Source: Octopus sinensis
Lineage: Eukaryota
Length of the DNA stretch: 64,000 bases
NCBI RefSeq assembly: GCF_006345805.1
Contig: NC_043000.1
Span: 11,780,001 to 11,844,000 of the forward strand
Direction of reading: 5' to 3'
Part shown: piece after piece, positions 12,455-24,759 of the stretch
Layout of the letters: the number at the start of each line of letters is the position of its first letter
Numbering within the stretch: position 1 is the first letter of the stretch
The notes under the pieces: generated by a model
The model's database searches: none
Seen by the model: only the letters and a program-made list of their open reading frames with translations
Told to the model about the DNA's origin: nothing
Position numbers and translations under genes: made by a program

Positions 12455-12632
12455 AACCTATTTTTTCAAAATTTGTATATCGAGGACTACATTTTTTATT
12501 GAATATGTACTCGTTTTAAAATGGCAGAGTATCATACAAGGGAGGGCTGGCTGTTATTTCTAGAAGAACCAAGTGACCGCAAAAGAGAGTCACCACCTCG
12601 CTGTTTCGTCGAGGTTGTGAGACGGAAATGTA
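12455..12632 (-). mobile_element. SINE-J fragment (copy 1 of a local duplication)
   Basis: Minus strand gcggtcacttgg..ctagaaataacagcc...aatgtagtcctcgatatac; same core as 51850-52450 and 15940-16160. Confidence 0.6.
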
Positions 12633-12639
12633 TATGTAC

Positions 12640-13342
12640 AGGCGTTTAGTAACAGAGTATCGTAAGCGCCACCCCGACCATTTTCGAGGTTAGTACTTCA
12701 TTTTCTTTGTCTCGACGTCTAGAATCCGAAAGAGTTTTGGAGAAAGAACCGGTGAAAATCCGGCTGGAAAAAATTGTACCTCGACGCTACTGACACGACA
12801 CTCGCTCAACCAAACTCGGACCAGAGAGTTTAGTAACACACCATCGTAAGCACACACGCTCAATCAATAACTTCGGTGTGGTCCCTGTATCGTTTTTCGA
12901 GGTGTTATGGCTCATTTTCTAATACTACTCATTACCATCATAACGATAATGGGCTATTATCTTACTATCTTGTCTTACTTACCTCTTAAAGATATTTACC
13001 TTGGTATACTAAAACACAAACAATACCTCTGGGAGGTTTCTGTATATTTTTTTCCTAGGTATTATGGCTAAAATATGCAATGCAATACACCGTTTCGTAG
13101 TACCGGTATTTTGTGCAAAATGAGAAAGACGCAGTCATTGTTTCATCTTTCAGATGCATACATAAATAGATAATTTTACATAGGTGGAATGATTAGAGGA
13201 GGTCTTCACAGTTATTTTAAGACCAAAACCAGCTTCCTAACTTCTTCCCTTGCCGAGATATCGAATTCTGAAAGTCGCGAAACTTAGCGTTTTTCTCGGT
13301 TTTTAAGTTGTGACGCTTACGATGGTCTGTTACTGAACGCCT
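12640..13342. mobile_element. Non-autonomous DNA transposon with ~33-bp imperfect TIRs
   Basis: aggcgtttagtaacagagtatcgtaagcgccac vs reverse complement aggcgttcagtaacagaccatcgtaagcgtcac; subterminal repeat at ~12826; no TSD seen. Confidence 0.7.
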
Positions 13343-13414
13343 CGGGAGTAGACCTATAATCAACGGGACCCCAACTTATTTTCTCAGACGTTGTATATCG
13401 AGGACTATATTTTA

Positions 13415-13765
13415 TACTAGCAGAATTTTCGAAAAGTAAAAATGTTGCATCATCTAGCTTGTTATTCTCTTTAAGTGAACATTTTTCTGGTTGAAATACA
13501 CCGAAAAATGGCGACACAGCAGTCAAAAAATCTTTAAAAATAAGGATTTTCATAGAAAAAAAAGCACCTTTTTGATGTAAATAATTTTTGGTGTTAACAT
13601 GGTCCGATTTAATTTTTTCTTCTACGGAAGGAAGAGCAAGCCTTCTTCTATCATACTCTCAACTTTGGTCAACTTGCGCCGCAGGGTCTCGGAGGAAATA
13701 GTATTAGTTGAAGGCTACCAAACCTGCCATTCACAGACAACTTCAGCTTTATATATAGAGAGATT
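13415..13765 (+). mobile_element. Non-autonomous Helitron-like element (HINE/Lep1-like ends)
   Basis: Begins actagcag, ends cagacaacttcagctttatatataga; interrupts a SINE-J copy that is contiguous at 12455-12632. Confidence 0.55.
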
Positions 13766-13896
13766 GAATATGTCCTCGTTTTAAAATGGCAGAGTATCAT
13801 ACGAGGGAGGTTTGGCTGTTATTTCTAGAAGAACCAAGTGACTGCAATAGAGAGTCACCACCTCGCTGTTTCGTCGAGGTTGTGAGACGGAAATGT
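13765..13896 (-). mobile_element. SINE-J fragment (copy 2; continues at 13369-13415)
   Basis: About 90% identical by eye to 12499-12632. Confidence 0.65.
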
Positions 13897-14446
13897 GGTT
13901 GTACATACGAGGGATGGGCAAAGAAAAAAAAAAAGAGGAAAAAGAAAGAAAGAAAGGCTGGGTTAAGAGATGAAACTAGAAGGAGGTCAAGGCCTTTAAG
14001 AGGAGTCGAGATACCACCGTAGATAACGATTTTACACAGTGGATAAGGTAGTCAGAAAAGCCGGGTGTTATAATTTGCAGCTAATTAATTCCACACAGGA
14101 AGTCACGTCACAGTTCTATGCACACAAGGCCTGAGGGGTGGAGATGTTATGTGTATTTTGGATGCGTTACCATAGATGTGTATATATATATTGCTGTATA
14201 CTATAGAGAAACACGCACACGTACACACACACACACACACACATTGAGCACGCGTATGTGTGTGTTTGTGTGCGTGTGCGTGTGTGTACATTAACACATA
14301 CACATATGGTGTAACATTGACACGAATACATCAGAAGACGCATGCACAGTTTCTCATATATCTTCAGTAACACACACACACATTATGAGTGATAAATAAA
14401 TAAATAAATAAAAATAATAAATACACACACGCACACACAAACACAC

Positions 14447-14520
<74 letters not shown>

Positions 14521-14640
14521 GCACGCATTATGTTACACACACATTCATGCACAGCAAACTCACAGCCACACACATCACAATTCTGCAGGACAAGCTCCTC
14601 CTTAGTAACACACATCTGCAGCTCTCTCTGTCTGTCTGTC

Positions 14641-14691
<51 letters not shown>

Positions 14692-14939
14692 CACACACAG
14701 AGCTAACACGAAGGCACACCCTAACCTATTCACACATCAGACACATACAGGAAAATACAAACACACCTAGAAATGAAAATATCGCGTGTGATATATGCAT
14801 ATAGACAAACACACGTTCATAGTAAATACACACACACACACATACACGCACGCACAGACATAAAAAACATGCACACATCTGTAATAACACTCAGATACGG
14901 AAATATCTACAGTAACACACACACATATATACACATACT

Positions 14940-15232
14940 GGATCTCCGTCGCTCTCGACGACGAGGGTTCCGGTTTATACGATCAATGAAACGGCCTGCT
15001 CGTTAACTTCACGAGCAAGTGACTGAGCACTCCACAGACACGTGTAACCCAGGGAGATTCAGCGTGACACAGAGTGTGACAAGACCGACCCTTTGAATTA
15101 TAAGTACTACTCATTTTTGCCAGCTGAGTGGATTGGAATAAAGTGTCTTGCTCAAGGATATAACGCGTCGCTAGGAATCGAACTCACAACCCTACGATCG
15201 CGAGCCGAAAACCGTATACTCCAAGCCACGCG
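14940..15232 (-). mobile_element. SINE with a different tRNA-like head and the SINE-C tail
   Basis: Head cgcgtggcttggag...gagttcgattcc...tccttgagcaagacac, then the C tail ending ggaaccctcgtcgtcgagagcgacgga. Confidence 0.7.
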
Positions 15233-15274
15233 TATAAAGAAGCACAAACATACATACCAATTGTAACATCGTGA

Positions 15275-15654
15275 CACTCCGTCGGTTGCGACGACGAGGG
15301 TTCCATTCGATCCGATCAACGGAACAGCCTGCTCGTGAAATTAACGTGCAAGTGGCTGAGCGCTCCACAGACACGTGTACCCTTAACGTAGTTGTCAGGG
15401 AGATTCAGCATGGCATAGAGTGTGACAAGGCTGGCCCCTTTGAAATACAGGTACAACAGAAAGAGGAAGAAAGAGTGAGAGAAAGTTGTGGTGAAAGAGT
15501 ACAGCAGGGTTTGCCACCCACTCCCCCTGCCGGAGCCTCATGGAGTCTTAGGTATTTTCACTCAATAAACACTCACAACGCCCGGTCGGAGAATCGAAAC
15601 CGCGATCCCACGACCGAGAGTCCGCTGCCCTAACCACTGGGCCAATACGCCTCC
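15275..15654 (-). mobile_element. SINE-C, full length
   Basis: Full head-to-tail match; flanked by ttgtaacat at 15261-15269 and 15661-15669 (probable TSD). Confidence 0.9.
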
Positions 15655-17015
15655 CCACTGTTGTAACATACATAGAGACATGTAACGAACACATAGAGAT
15701 ATACAAACACATATCTGTGTTTTCAGGCGGTGCCCCAGCGTGGCCTCAGTCCATAAACGGAAACCACTAAAAGAATAGTAACACGCGCACACGCGCGCTC
15801 AGAGATACACATAAGGATATGCAAACGTACACATGTTCATGAACACAGACACATACACATAGACACGCGCGCAAGCAGATATACATGCATACACATAGGC
15901 ACAACAAGCCCGTGAAACGCAACGCGGGTACCCACACGTGGTCACTCAAGTTGCTGGATATAGCAGCCAAATTTCTTCAGATTACCCATCAACCTACCCT
16001 CATCCCCCGACTCACATTATAATCTTAGGAAAGGGTATGTTGGGTAATGTGCCCTCAGTTCCCTGCACAGAGGGAAAATGATAGAATGGTCACGGCTGGA
16101 CTGCCTCTAACCGTAGGTTAGTACGATCAAGGGTGACCTGGTTCGGAACAATATCTAAAGTAACACGCGCCACACACACACACACACACACACACAGGCA
16201 CACACATACATGCTCACACTCGCATACATACAGGCACGCACATCACGGCAAACACGTCTCTTATATAACACATAAGCAATCAGTTATAAAGACACACACA
16301 CACACCACATATATTATATATATATTATATATATATATATATAATATATATATATTACATACAAAAACAGTAATGCACACACTCGTCTTACACACGCATA
16401 GATAACAGGCTTATACATACAAATACACACACATAAATAACGCGCATAAACAAACACATATCTATACTGACACTCACAGAAACAGCAGTGAAACAACACG
16501 CACACCACAGACACATACACACGCACACGCACACACGCACTTACATACATATATGGAAGTACATACATGCACACATGCTCTTACATACATATATGGAAGT
16601 ACATACATGCACACACGCACTTACATACATATATGGAAGTACATGCATGCACACACTTCTCTCACCATTATTTATAGCATTCACTCCCCCTCCTTCGGCA
16701 ATACCTTAGTTTATCTTCTAAACGGTTCAGCCATGTTATTGTTATTGTTTTCGTTGTTGTTTAGCGACGTTTGGTGTTCCTTACTTTATCACTTTCTTTT
16801 TTTTCTCCTCTCCTGGCTTTCGTTTTTTTTTTTGTTGTTTTTTCTTATTGTCCTCTTTTGTCTGTTTCAAGCCTTCAATCTCTCTCTCGCGCGCTCTCTC
16901 TCTATCTGTTGTCTGTCTGTACGCATGTATGTATGTTTCACTGTCTCCTCTTCTCTTTAATGTATATATATATATATATATTATATGTGTGAGGGGGGAG
17001 GGGTGTTTGGGAATG

Positions 17016-17047
<32 letters not shown>

Positions 17048-17049
17048 GC

Positions 17050-17097
17050 AAAAACTGTCTGATGAACGGCAACGAGAAACTCAGAGTAACAGATTTT
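17050..17097 (+). ncRNA. Minimal type-I hammerhead ribozyme motif in a short (TA)n-flanked repeat (family H, ~17045-17220)
   Basis: Helix I ctgt/acag (+4 A-U pairs), core CTGATGA 17059-65, helix II cg-GCAA-cg, GAAA 17076-79, helix III actc-a-gagt, cleavage triplet GTA. Confidence 0.7.
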
Positions 17098-17394
17098 GTT
17101 GAATTTTCTGCTGCTTTAAATAAAGCATATTACTCTACCACTGGTATTTGAGTACTCTTTTTTCCACCTTGTTTCACATTTATGTGTGTACTCCGGTACA
17201 CATGTGTACATACATATACAAATATGCACACACGCAAACCCGTATAGCTGCGTACGTATATGTGTGTATTTTTACACTCAATCTTAAACCTACTTTCAGC
17301 AATAAAGCGGCAATAAAACGGAAAGAACATAAAGCACGACGGTGCTCCAGCATGGCCGCAGTCATACGACCGATACTACTAAAAGAATATATAA

Positions 17395-17453
<59 letters not shown>

Positions 17454-17685
17454 TGTGTGTCACGAGGTCGTGCAGCGAACTTCTTTACTTCATGAGCACG
17501 GCTGTGTGGTTAAGAAGCTCGCTTCACAACTACGTGGTTTTGGGTTCGCTCTCAATGCGCGACATCGTGACAAGTGTTTTTGTCTACATCCCTGAACAGA
17601 ACAATGCCGTCTGAACCAATTTTTGGCAGATGGAAACTGCGGAAACCCCTACGTATATACATATATGTGAGCCTTCGTATGTTTA

Positions 17686-18099
17686 TACTCTTTTACTCTT
17701 TTACTTGTTTCAGTCATTTGACTGCGGCCATGTTGGAGCACCGCCTTTAGTCGAGTAAATCGACCTCGGGACTTATTCTTTGTAAGCCCAGTACTTTTTC
17801 TATCGGTCTATTTTGCCGAACCGCTAAGTAACGGGGACGTAAACACACCAGCATCGGTTGTCAAGCAATGCTAGGGGGACAAACACAGACACACAAACAC
17901 TCACACGCATATATATATATATATATACACATATATACGACAGGCTTCTTTCAGTTTCCGTCTACCAAATCCACTCACAAGGCTTTGGTCGGCCCAAGGC
18001 TATAGTAGAAGACACTTGCCCAAGGTGCCACGCAGTGGGACTGAACCCGGAACCATGCGGTTGGTAAACAAGCTACTTACCACACAGCCACTCCTGCGC
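17686..18099 (-). mobile_element. SINE-A, full length
   Basis: Reverse complement of the consensus, with (ttttactc)n tail. Confidence 0.95.
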
Positions 18100-18129
18100 T
18101 GTCTGTTTGTTTCAGATACACTTCACAAC

Positions 18130-18198
18130 CGGCGTTTGATACAATGAAAAATATCGCTTGCCACGCGGGAGGGCGGGGTTCGATTTCTCGCCGGGGAG
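18130..18198 (+). pseudogene. tRNA-Asp(GTC)-derived pseudogene, anticodon now GCC
   Basis: tatc-gcttgccacgcgggagggcggggttcgatttctcgccggggag aligns with metazoan tRNA-Asp tatccccgcctgtcacgcgggagaccggggttcgattccccgacggggag; D arm and A-box decayed. Confidence 0.7.
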
Positions 18199-18381
18199 GT
18201 TAATTATCAAGTGGGCGGAGGCAGGCAGGCGGTGTAGTTCAGAAGTTCGTTTCCAACCACGTGATTTCGGGTTGTGTCTCATTTCGCGGCACCTTGGTCA
18301 AGTGTTCTAGTATAGCCACGTGCCGACCAAAAGCCTTGTGAGTGGATTTGGTATACACACACACACACACACATACACACA

Positions 18382-18418
<37 letters not shown>

Positions 18419-18457
18419 GCACGCACGCACGCACGCACACACACACGCACATATGTA

Positions 18458-19020
18458 GGCGTGGATGTGTGGTAAGAAGCGTCTGTCGCTACGTTCTGAG
18501 TTCAAATTCCGCCCAGGTCGACTTTGCCTTTCATCCTTTCGGGGGTCGATTAAATAAGTACCAGTTACGCACTGGGGTCGATATAATCGACTTAATCCGT
18601 CTGTCTGTCCTTATTTGTTCCCTCTGTGTGTAGCCCCTTGTGGGTAGTAAAGAAATAAGAAGCTTGTTTTCCAGCCATATGGTGGCACCTTGGGCAAGTG
18701 TCTTCTATAGCCTCGGACCAACCAAAGTTTTGTGAATGGATGTGGTTCACGGAAACTGAAAGAAGCCCGTCGTATGTGTGTGAGTGTGTTTGTGTGTATT
18801 TGTGTCTGTGTTTGTCTCCACTACTGACTGAAAATCTCTACCGGTGGGTGGGGCGTGTTACGTGCCCCGTAACTTAGCGGTTCGGCATAACTGATCGATA
18901 GAATTAGTACCAGGCTTCAAAATAAGTACTGGGGTTGATCAGTTCGACTGAACCCCCTCAAGGCGGTGCCCCAGCATGACCGCAGTCTGATGAATGAACC
19001 AACTAAAAGAACAAAAGAAT
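18458..19020 (+). mobile_element. SINE-A with nested 5'-truncated SINE-B1 (18481-18655)
   Basis: TSD taagaagc at 18473-80 and 18656-63. Confidence 0.85.
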
Positions 19021-19039
19021 ACACATACATAATACACAC

Positions 19040-20105
19040 ACATGTATGTATGTATGTATGTATGTATGTATGTATGTAGTATGTATGATGTAGTATGTAT
19101 GTATGTGATGTGGGTGTTTGTGTATGTGTGGTATGATGTAGTATGTATGTATGTATGTATGTATGTATGTATGTATGTACGTATGTACGTATGTACGTAT
19201 GTATGTATGTATGTAGTATGTATGTATGTATGTATGTATGTATGTATGTATGTACGTATGTACGTATGTACGTATGTATGTCATGTATGTATGTATAGGT
19301 ATGCATTGATGTATGTATGTATGTACGTACGTACGTACGTACGTACGTATGTATGTACGTACGTACGTACGTACGTACGTACGTACGTACGTATGTATGT
19401 ATGTATGTATGTATGTATGTATGTATGTATGTATGCATGTATGTATGTATGTATGTATGTATGTATGTATGTATGTATGTATGTATGTATGTACGTATGT
19501 ATGTATGTATGTATGTATGTACGTACGTATGTATGTATGTATGTATGTATGTATGTACGTATGTATGTATGTATGTATGTATGCATGTATGTATGTATGT
19601 ATGTATGTATGTATGTACGTATGTATGTATGTATGTATGTATGTATGTACGTATGTACGTATGTACGTATGTACGTATGTATGTATGTATGTATGTATGT
19701 ACGTACGTACGTACGTATGTATGTACGTACGTACGTACGTACGTACGTACGTACGTACGTATGTATGTATGTATGTATGTATGTATGTATGTCGTTACGT
19801 ATGTACGTATGTACTATGTACGTATGTATGTAGTATGTATGTAGTATGTACGTATGTACGTATGTACGTATGTATGTATGTATGTATGTATGTATGTACG
19901 TATGTACGTATATGTACGTATGTACGTATGTATGTATGTATTTGTATGTATGTACGTACGTACGTACGTACGTATGTATGTATGTACGTACGTACGTACG
20001 TATGTATGTATGTATGTATGTATGTATGTATGTATGTATGTATGTATGTATGTACGTATGTACGTATGTACGTATGTACGTATGTATGTATGTATGTATG
20101 TATGC
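19040..20105. repeat. ~1.07-kb (TATG)n/(TACG)n compound array
   Basis: Direct reading; followed by a SINE-A 3' half (20110-20295). Confidence 0.95.
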
Positions 20106-20477
20106 ATGTGTAAGTATGTGTGTCAGTGTTTGCGTTTGTCACTCACCACCACTTGGCAAACGGTGTGGGTTTGTTTACGTTCCCAGAACAGCGTTTTGAC
20201 TAAAAGAGACCGATATAATAAGTACTAGGCTAAACTTTTCTAGGTGAAATGTTCCAGTATGGCCGTAGTCAAATGGCTGAGACAAGTAAAAGATACATTC
20301 ATATGTGCGTACATGCATACATTTCAGTATATATGAGCATGTCTAGACATGCAACTACATGCATGAGAATTCACAGATAAAACAAAAACATACAAATCTG
20401 TACATAAATAATTAATAAAAAAAAATAAAACGGAGAAAAAAAACAAGAAAAACCAACGCGAGGACGTGATACACTTA

Positions 20478-20853
20478 CACTACCGTCAGAAATTAATTAG
20501 CACCCTTGATTTGCTCTTCACTCAAGGTTGTGTGCTGTCACCTAGTGGCCATATCTCGAACTATGCTTTGTTGCGAGTTCACTGTTGCGCAGAACGATGA
20601 CGTAACTTTGTTTGCAGAGCAGTTTGAGAGTCTACAGCCTTTTATGATGTTGACATAGCAGTGCAACAAATTGGAGTGCGGATGCAGGACAAATCTTCCT
20701 TTGTTTAATAGATATGGTAGCGCCTCGCAAGGACCGAAATCACACCATCTAAGTTTTTCATCGCGTAAGACGTTTTGAACAGCTCATAGGTTATTGATTT
20801 AACCTATTTAATGTAGAAATTTGAGAAGTGCTAATTAATTTCTGACGCAAGTG
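20478..20853. mobile_element. Tc1/mariner-type MITE, 376 bp
   Basis: TIR cactaccgtcagaaattaattagcac / gtgctaattaatttctgacgcaagtg, TA on both sides. Confidence 0.85.
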
Positions 20854-20972
20854 TACATACATACATATATACATACATACATATACATACATATATATAC
20901 ATACATACCATAACATAACATACATACATATATATTATATATACTAATCATATATAATATGTTATATATAAT

Positions 20973-21003
<31 letters not shown>

Positions 21004-21090
21004 GTAATATATAGTATATATATACATATAATATATATATACATATAATATATATATGTATAATATGTATATATTACATATATATATCTA

Positions 21091-21134
<44 letters not shown>

Positions 21135-21149
21135 TATAATATATATATA

Positions 21150-21185
21150 TACTAGCAGCTAAGCCCGGTTTCACCGGTCGGGCTG
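21150..21185 (+). mobile_element. Helitron-like 5' terminus
   Basis: (TA)n then actagcagctaagcccggtttcaccgg, typical ACTAG start plus CCCGG hairpin. Confidence 0.55.
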
Positions 21186-21877
21186 GATGTGTGGCTGTAA
21201 AATCTGCTCTGTGTAAGCATTCGACTTGTGTGGGCACGTTTAAGTTTAAAAAAAACAATTTTAGAATGACTTTTTTCTGTCAAACCGCTAAAAATAACTG
21301 TCCAATAACAAAAAAAAAAAGACAAACCAAGATTCAACCAAATCAAAAAAATAAACCCAAATACTAATCGAACAAAGATGAACCATCCCACTTCTACTGC
21401 GCGTGCACACGCACACGCACAAACACAAACACACACATTCACATGCCCCCTTTTACATACACACACATATATTTACATAGAGTTGAAACGCTGTTTCATT
21501 TTTTCAGCGTACAATATTCATCATCCCACTACCAAGTATGACATCACCCCTTCCTTCCTTGTTCATCTATCACCTCTTCCTTTCTCATTCATAAACACAA
21601 GAGTATTATTATAGTAGATTATCTCGGTAACCATGGGAGCTATGAAAAAATACAAAGCCCAACATCACCACCGAATCATTCTACACAACTGTAATTTTTC
21701 GCGCAATTCCACCCACCCGTTTGACCGTGGATCCCAAGACAAGAAAGAATCGCCCATAAATCATTATATATATATATATATATAACCTTAGCGAATAGGT
21801 TCCCCACCTGGTCCGTCGCAGGTGAGATGCAGGAGGAAAGAGTGAGAGAAGTTGTGGAACGAAAGATTCAGTTCGCC

Positions 21878-21916
<39 letters not shown>

Positions 21917-21920
<4 letters not shown>

Positions 21921-22118
21921 TTTACTATCCACAAAGGGCTAAACACAGAGGGGACAAGCAAGGACATACAAACGTATTAAGTCGATTACATCGACCCCAG
22001 TGCATAACTGGTACTTAATTTATCGACCCCGAAAGGATGAAAGGTAAAGTCGACCTCGGCGGAATTTGAACTCAGAACGTAACGGCAGACGAAATAACGT
22101 GTCTGCCAGCTCGCCGCC
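21917..22118 (-). mobile_element. SINE-B1
   Basis: Reverse complement of the B1 consensus with an internal head deletion. Confidence 0.9.
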
Positions 22119-22266
22119 TTCTTGTTCTTCATCCTTTCTGGTTTTCTCTCCCATCCTTCTCTATTCTTCTCCTTTCCTCTTCACCATTCCTTCTCTCTCC
22201 CTCTTCTTCCTTGACTCTCTCGTCGCTGACACGTGACTAAAGAGAATCTATCTTCCTGCCCACTTA

Positions 22267-22637
22267 GAAGCTCTCCGTCGGTTACGACGACGAGGGTTCC
22301 GGTTGATCCGAATCAACGGAACAGCCTGCTCGTGAAATTAACGTGAGCACTCCACAGACACGTGTACCCTTAACGTAGTTCTCGGGGATATTCAGCGTGA
22401 CACAGAGAGTGACCAGGCCGGCCCTTTGAAATACAGGTACAACAGAAACAGGAAGTAAGAGTGAGAGAAAGTTGTGGTGAAAGAGTACAGCAGGGATCAC
22501 CACCATCCCTTGCCGGACCCTCGTGGAGCTTTAGGTGTTTTCGCTCAATAAACACTCACAACGCCCGGTCTGGGAATCGAAACCGCGATCCTATGACCGC
22601 GAGTCCGCTGCCCTAACCACTGGGCCATTGCGCCTCC
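22267..22637 (-). mobile_element. SINE-C, full length
   Basis: Matches 32097-32479. Confidence 0.95.
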
Positions 22638-22689
22638 ACCATCCTGCCCACTACCTTCCAAAAGACAACACGTGCTTATACTGTTTCCT

Positions 22690-23105
22690 CTCATAAGCTC
22701 GTCTTCCTAGCGTTCATAATAATTTTTCTATCGTCTTGGCTTAACAACCCTCACCGTTTGTTTTTATTGTTTTGTTCTCACTGTCCTGTTCTTGTTACCA
22801 CTTTCACCCTCCGCAAAAATCCAAATTTTATTTAATTTTCTTTGCGGGAAGGACAGTTTCAATGAAGTCCAGTCTTGTCCTTGCCTTCGGAACGCGGAGT
22901 AGATGAAACATGGACAACTGATAAAGGAGGATATTCTTTATGTTGCATGTTTCGTTTCTCTGTTAGTTTTTTTCGTTGTTAAAAAAAAAATTCGTTTTCT
23001 ATGTTTTTGTTTTTGTTTCGTTTCTCATTGTGTTCAACGTTATTTTATGTCCTATACCCATATATGCATGTATATATACATATATATGCAGGTATGTACA
23101 TATAT
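22690..23105 (+). mobile_element. Family F, diverged subfamily
   Basis: Shares ccttcg(g/a)aacg..gtagatgaaac..actga motif; partial twin at 47050-47245. Confidence 0.75.
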
Positions 23106-23112
23106 GTATGTA

Positions 23113-23523
23113 TACTCTTACTCTTTACTCTTTTACTTGTTTCAGTCATTTGACTGCGGCCATGCTGGAGCACCGCCTTTAATCGAGCAACTCGACCCCG
23201 GGACTTATTCTTTTGTAAGCCCAGTACTTATTCTATCGGTCTATTTTGCCGAACCGCTAAGTAACGGGGACATGAACACACCAGCATCGGTTGTCAAGCG
23301 ATGCTAGGGGGACAAACACAGACACACAAACACACTCACGCATATATATATACATATATACGACGGGCTTCTTTCAGTTTCCGTCTACCAAATCCACTCA
23401 CAAGGCTTTGGTCGGCCCGAGGCTATAGTTGAAGACACTTGTCCAAGGTGCCACGCAGTGGGACTGAACCCGGTACCATGTGGTTGGTAAACAAGCTACT
23501 TACCACACAGCCACTCCTGCGCC
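23113..23523 (-). mobile_element. SINE-A, full length
   Basis: Consensus match. Confidence 0.95.
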
Positions 23524-24759
23524 TATATATGCATATATTTATATATTATTTATATTATTATACGATCGAACTCCACGCATCCCTTTCCAAGTACATATAT
23601 GCTCTGGGGTCGTGAATAATCGCCATCCCCCCCACTCGCTTATTGATTTTTCAGATCCTCCCCGCTTTTATTCCCACCCCCTGCTTATAAATTTTTCAGA
23701 TTTTTTCCACCCTCCCCAGCTTATTAATTTTTAAGATCCCCCCTACCCCGCTTTTATTCTACCCCAGCCCCACTTATTAAATTTTGCTTATCTATCTCCG
23801 GTGAAATTTTATTGTAAGCTATTCACATAGATACAACAGCTGGAGAATCTAATAATAATTTTATTTTACGTTAAAAACATTATACATTTATGACCAAAAA
23901 AGAACATTACAAATAATACCATATGTTAAAACTAATTGGATATATAAGGTAAATAACTAATTCTGGTTTTAAAAAACAAATCAAGGGTGACAAAAAATTT
24001 TAAATAATGATTTTTCATTTAGGCACAAGGCCAACAAATTTTGGGGAGTGCCAAGTGGATTAAAGCGGTCCAGTACGTTACTGGTGCTTTATTTTATCGA
24101 CCCCGCGGGGATGAAAGGTAAAGCTAACCGGAGCAGGCCATAACTCTATGCTGCAAAGCGCGCTACCCGATGTTTAGGCACAAGGCCAGTAATTCAATGG
24201 GAAGGGGAAGTCGATTAAGCTGACTCCCGTTACAAAACAACAAACTCTGGGGAATTCATTATTATTTTAATTAACACAAATTGTGAAACAGCATGACAAA
24301 AACAAAACAAAAAAACCTAGAGTGTTCTATTTGTTTTCATAACGCTTGGACGAAAAATATTTATCCACAGTATCTGTAGCCAACTTTCATGCGGGTGAGC
24401 CGTCAACGTTTTAAGGCATTGATAACCATCAGCCCTAAGAAGATCGATCATTTCGAGATACAACACACCTGTTTCAGGATTCGTAGAAAACAAAGAAATT
24501 GCTGTCAGAAAATATATTTTACAACCAGCCAGAGTTTATAAAAATTTGAGGCTGGACAACTCTCTAGTCTGTAACATATGCGTGAGTTTCCTGCTACACC
24601 ACGCTGTAGTCAACGAATTTTCCATTTTTAATTTCTCTACGATTTCTCTACCAATCACCAACACAAATTCCACGCAAACTAAGATTTTCAATAACGAACT
24701 GTTTATCCTTACCAGGACAAACTTTTTATGGAATAAGGATTTAACAACTTCAAGACGAC

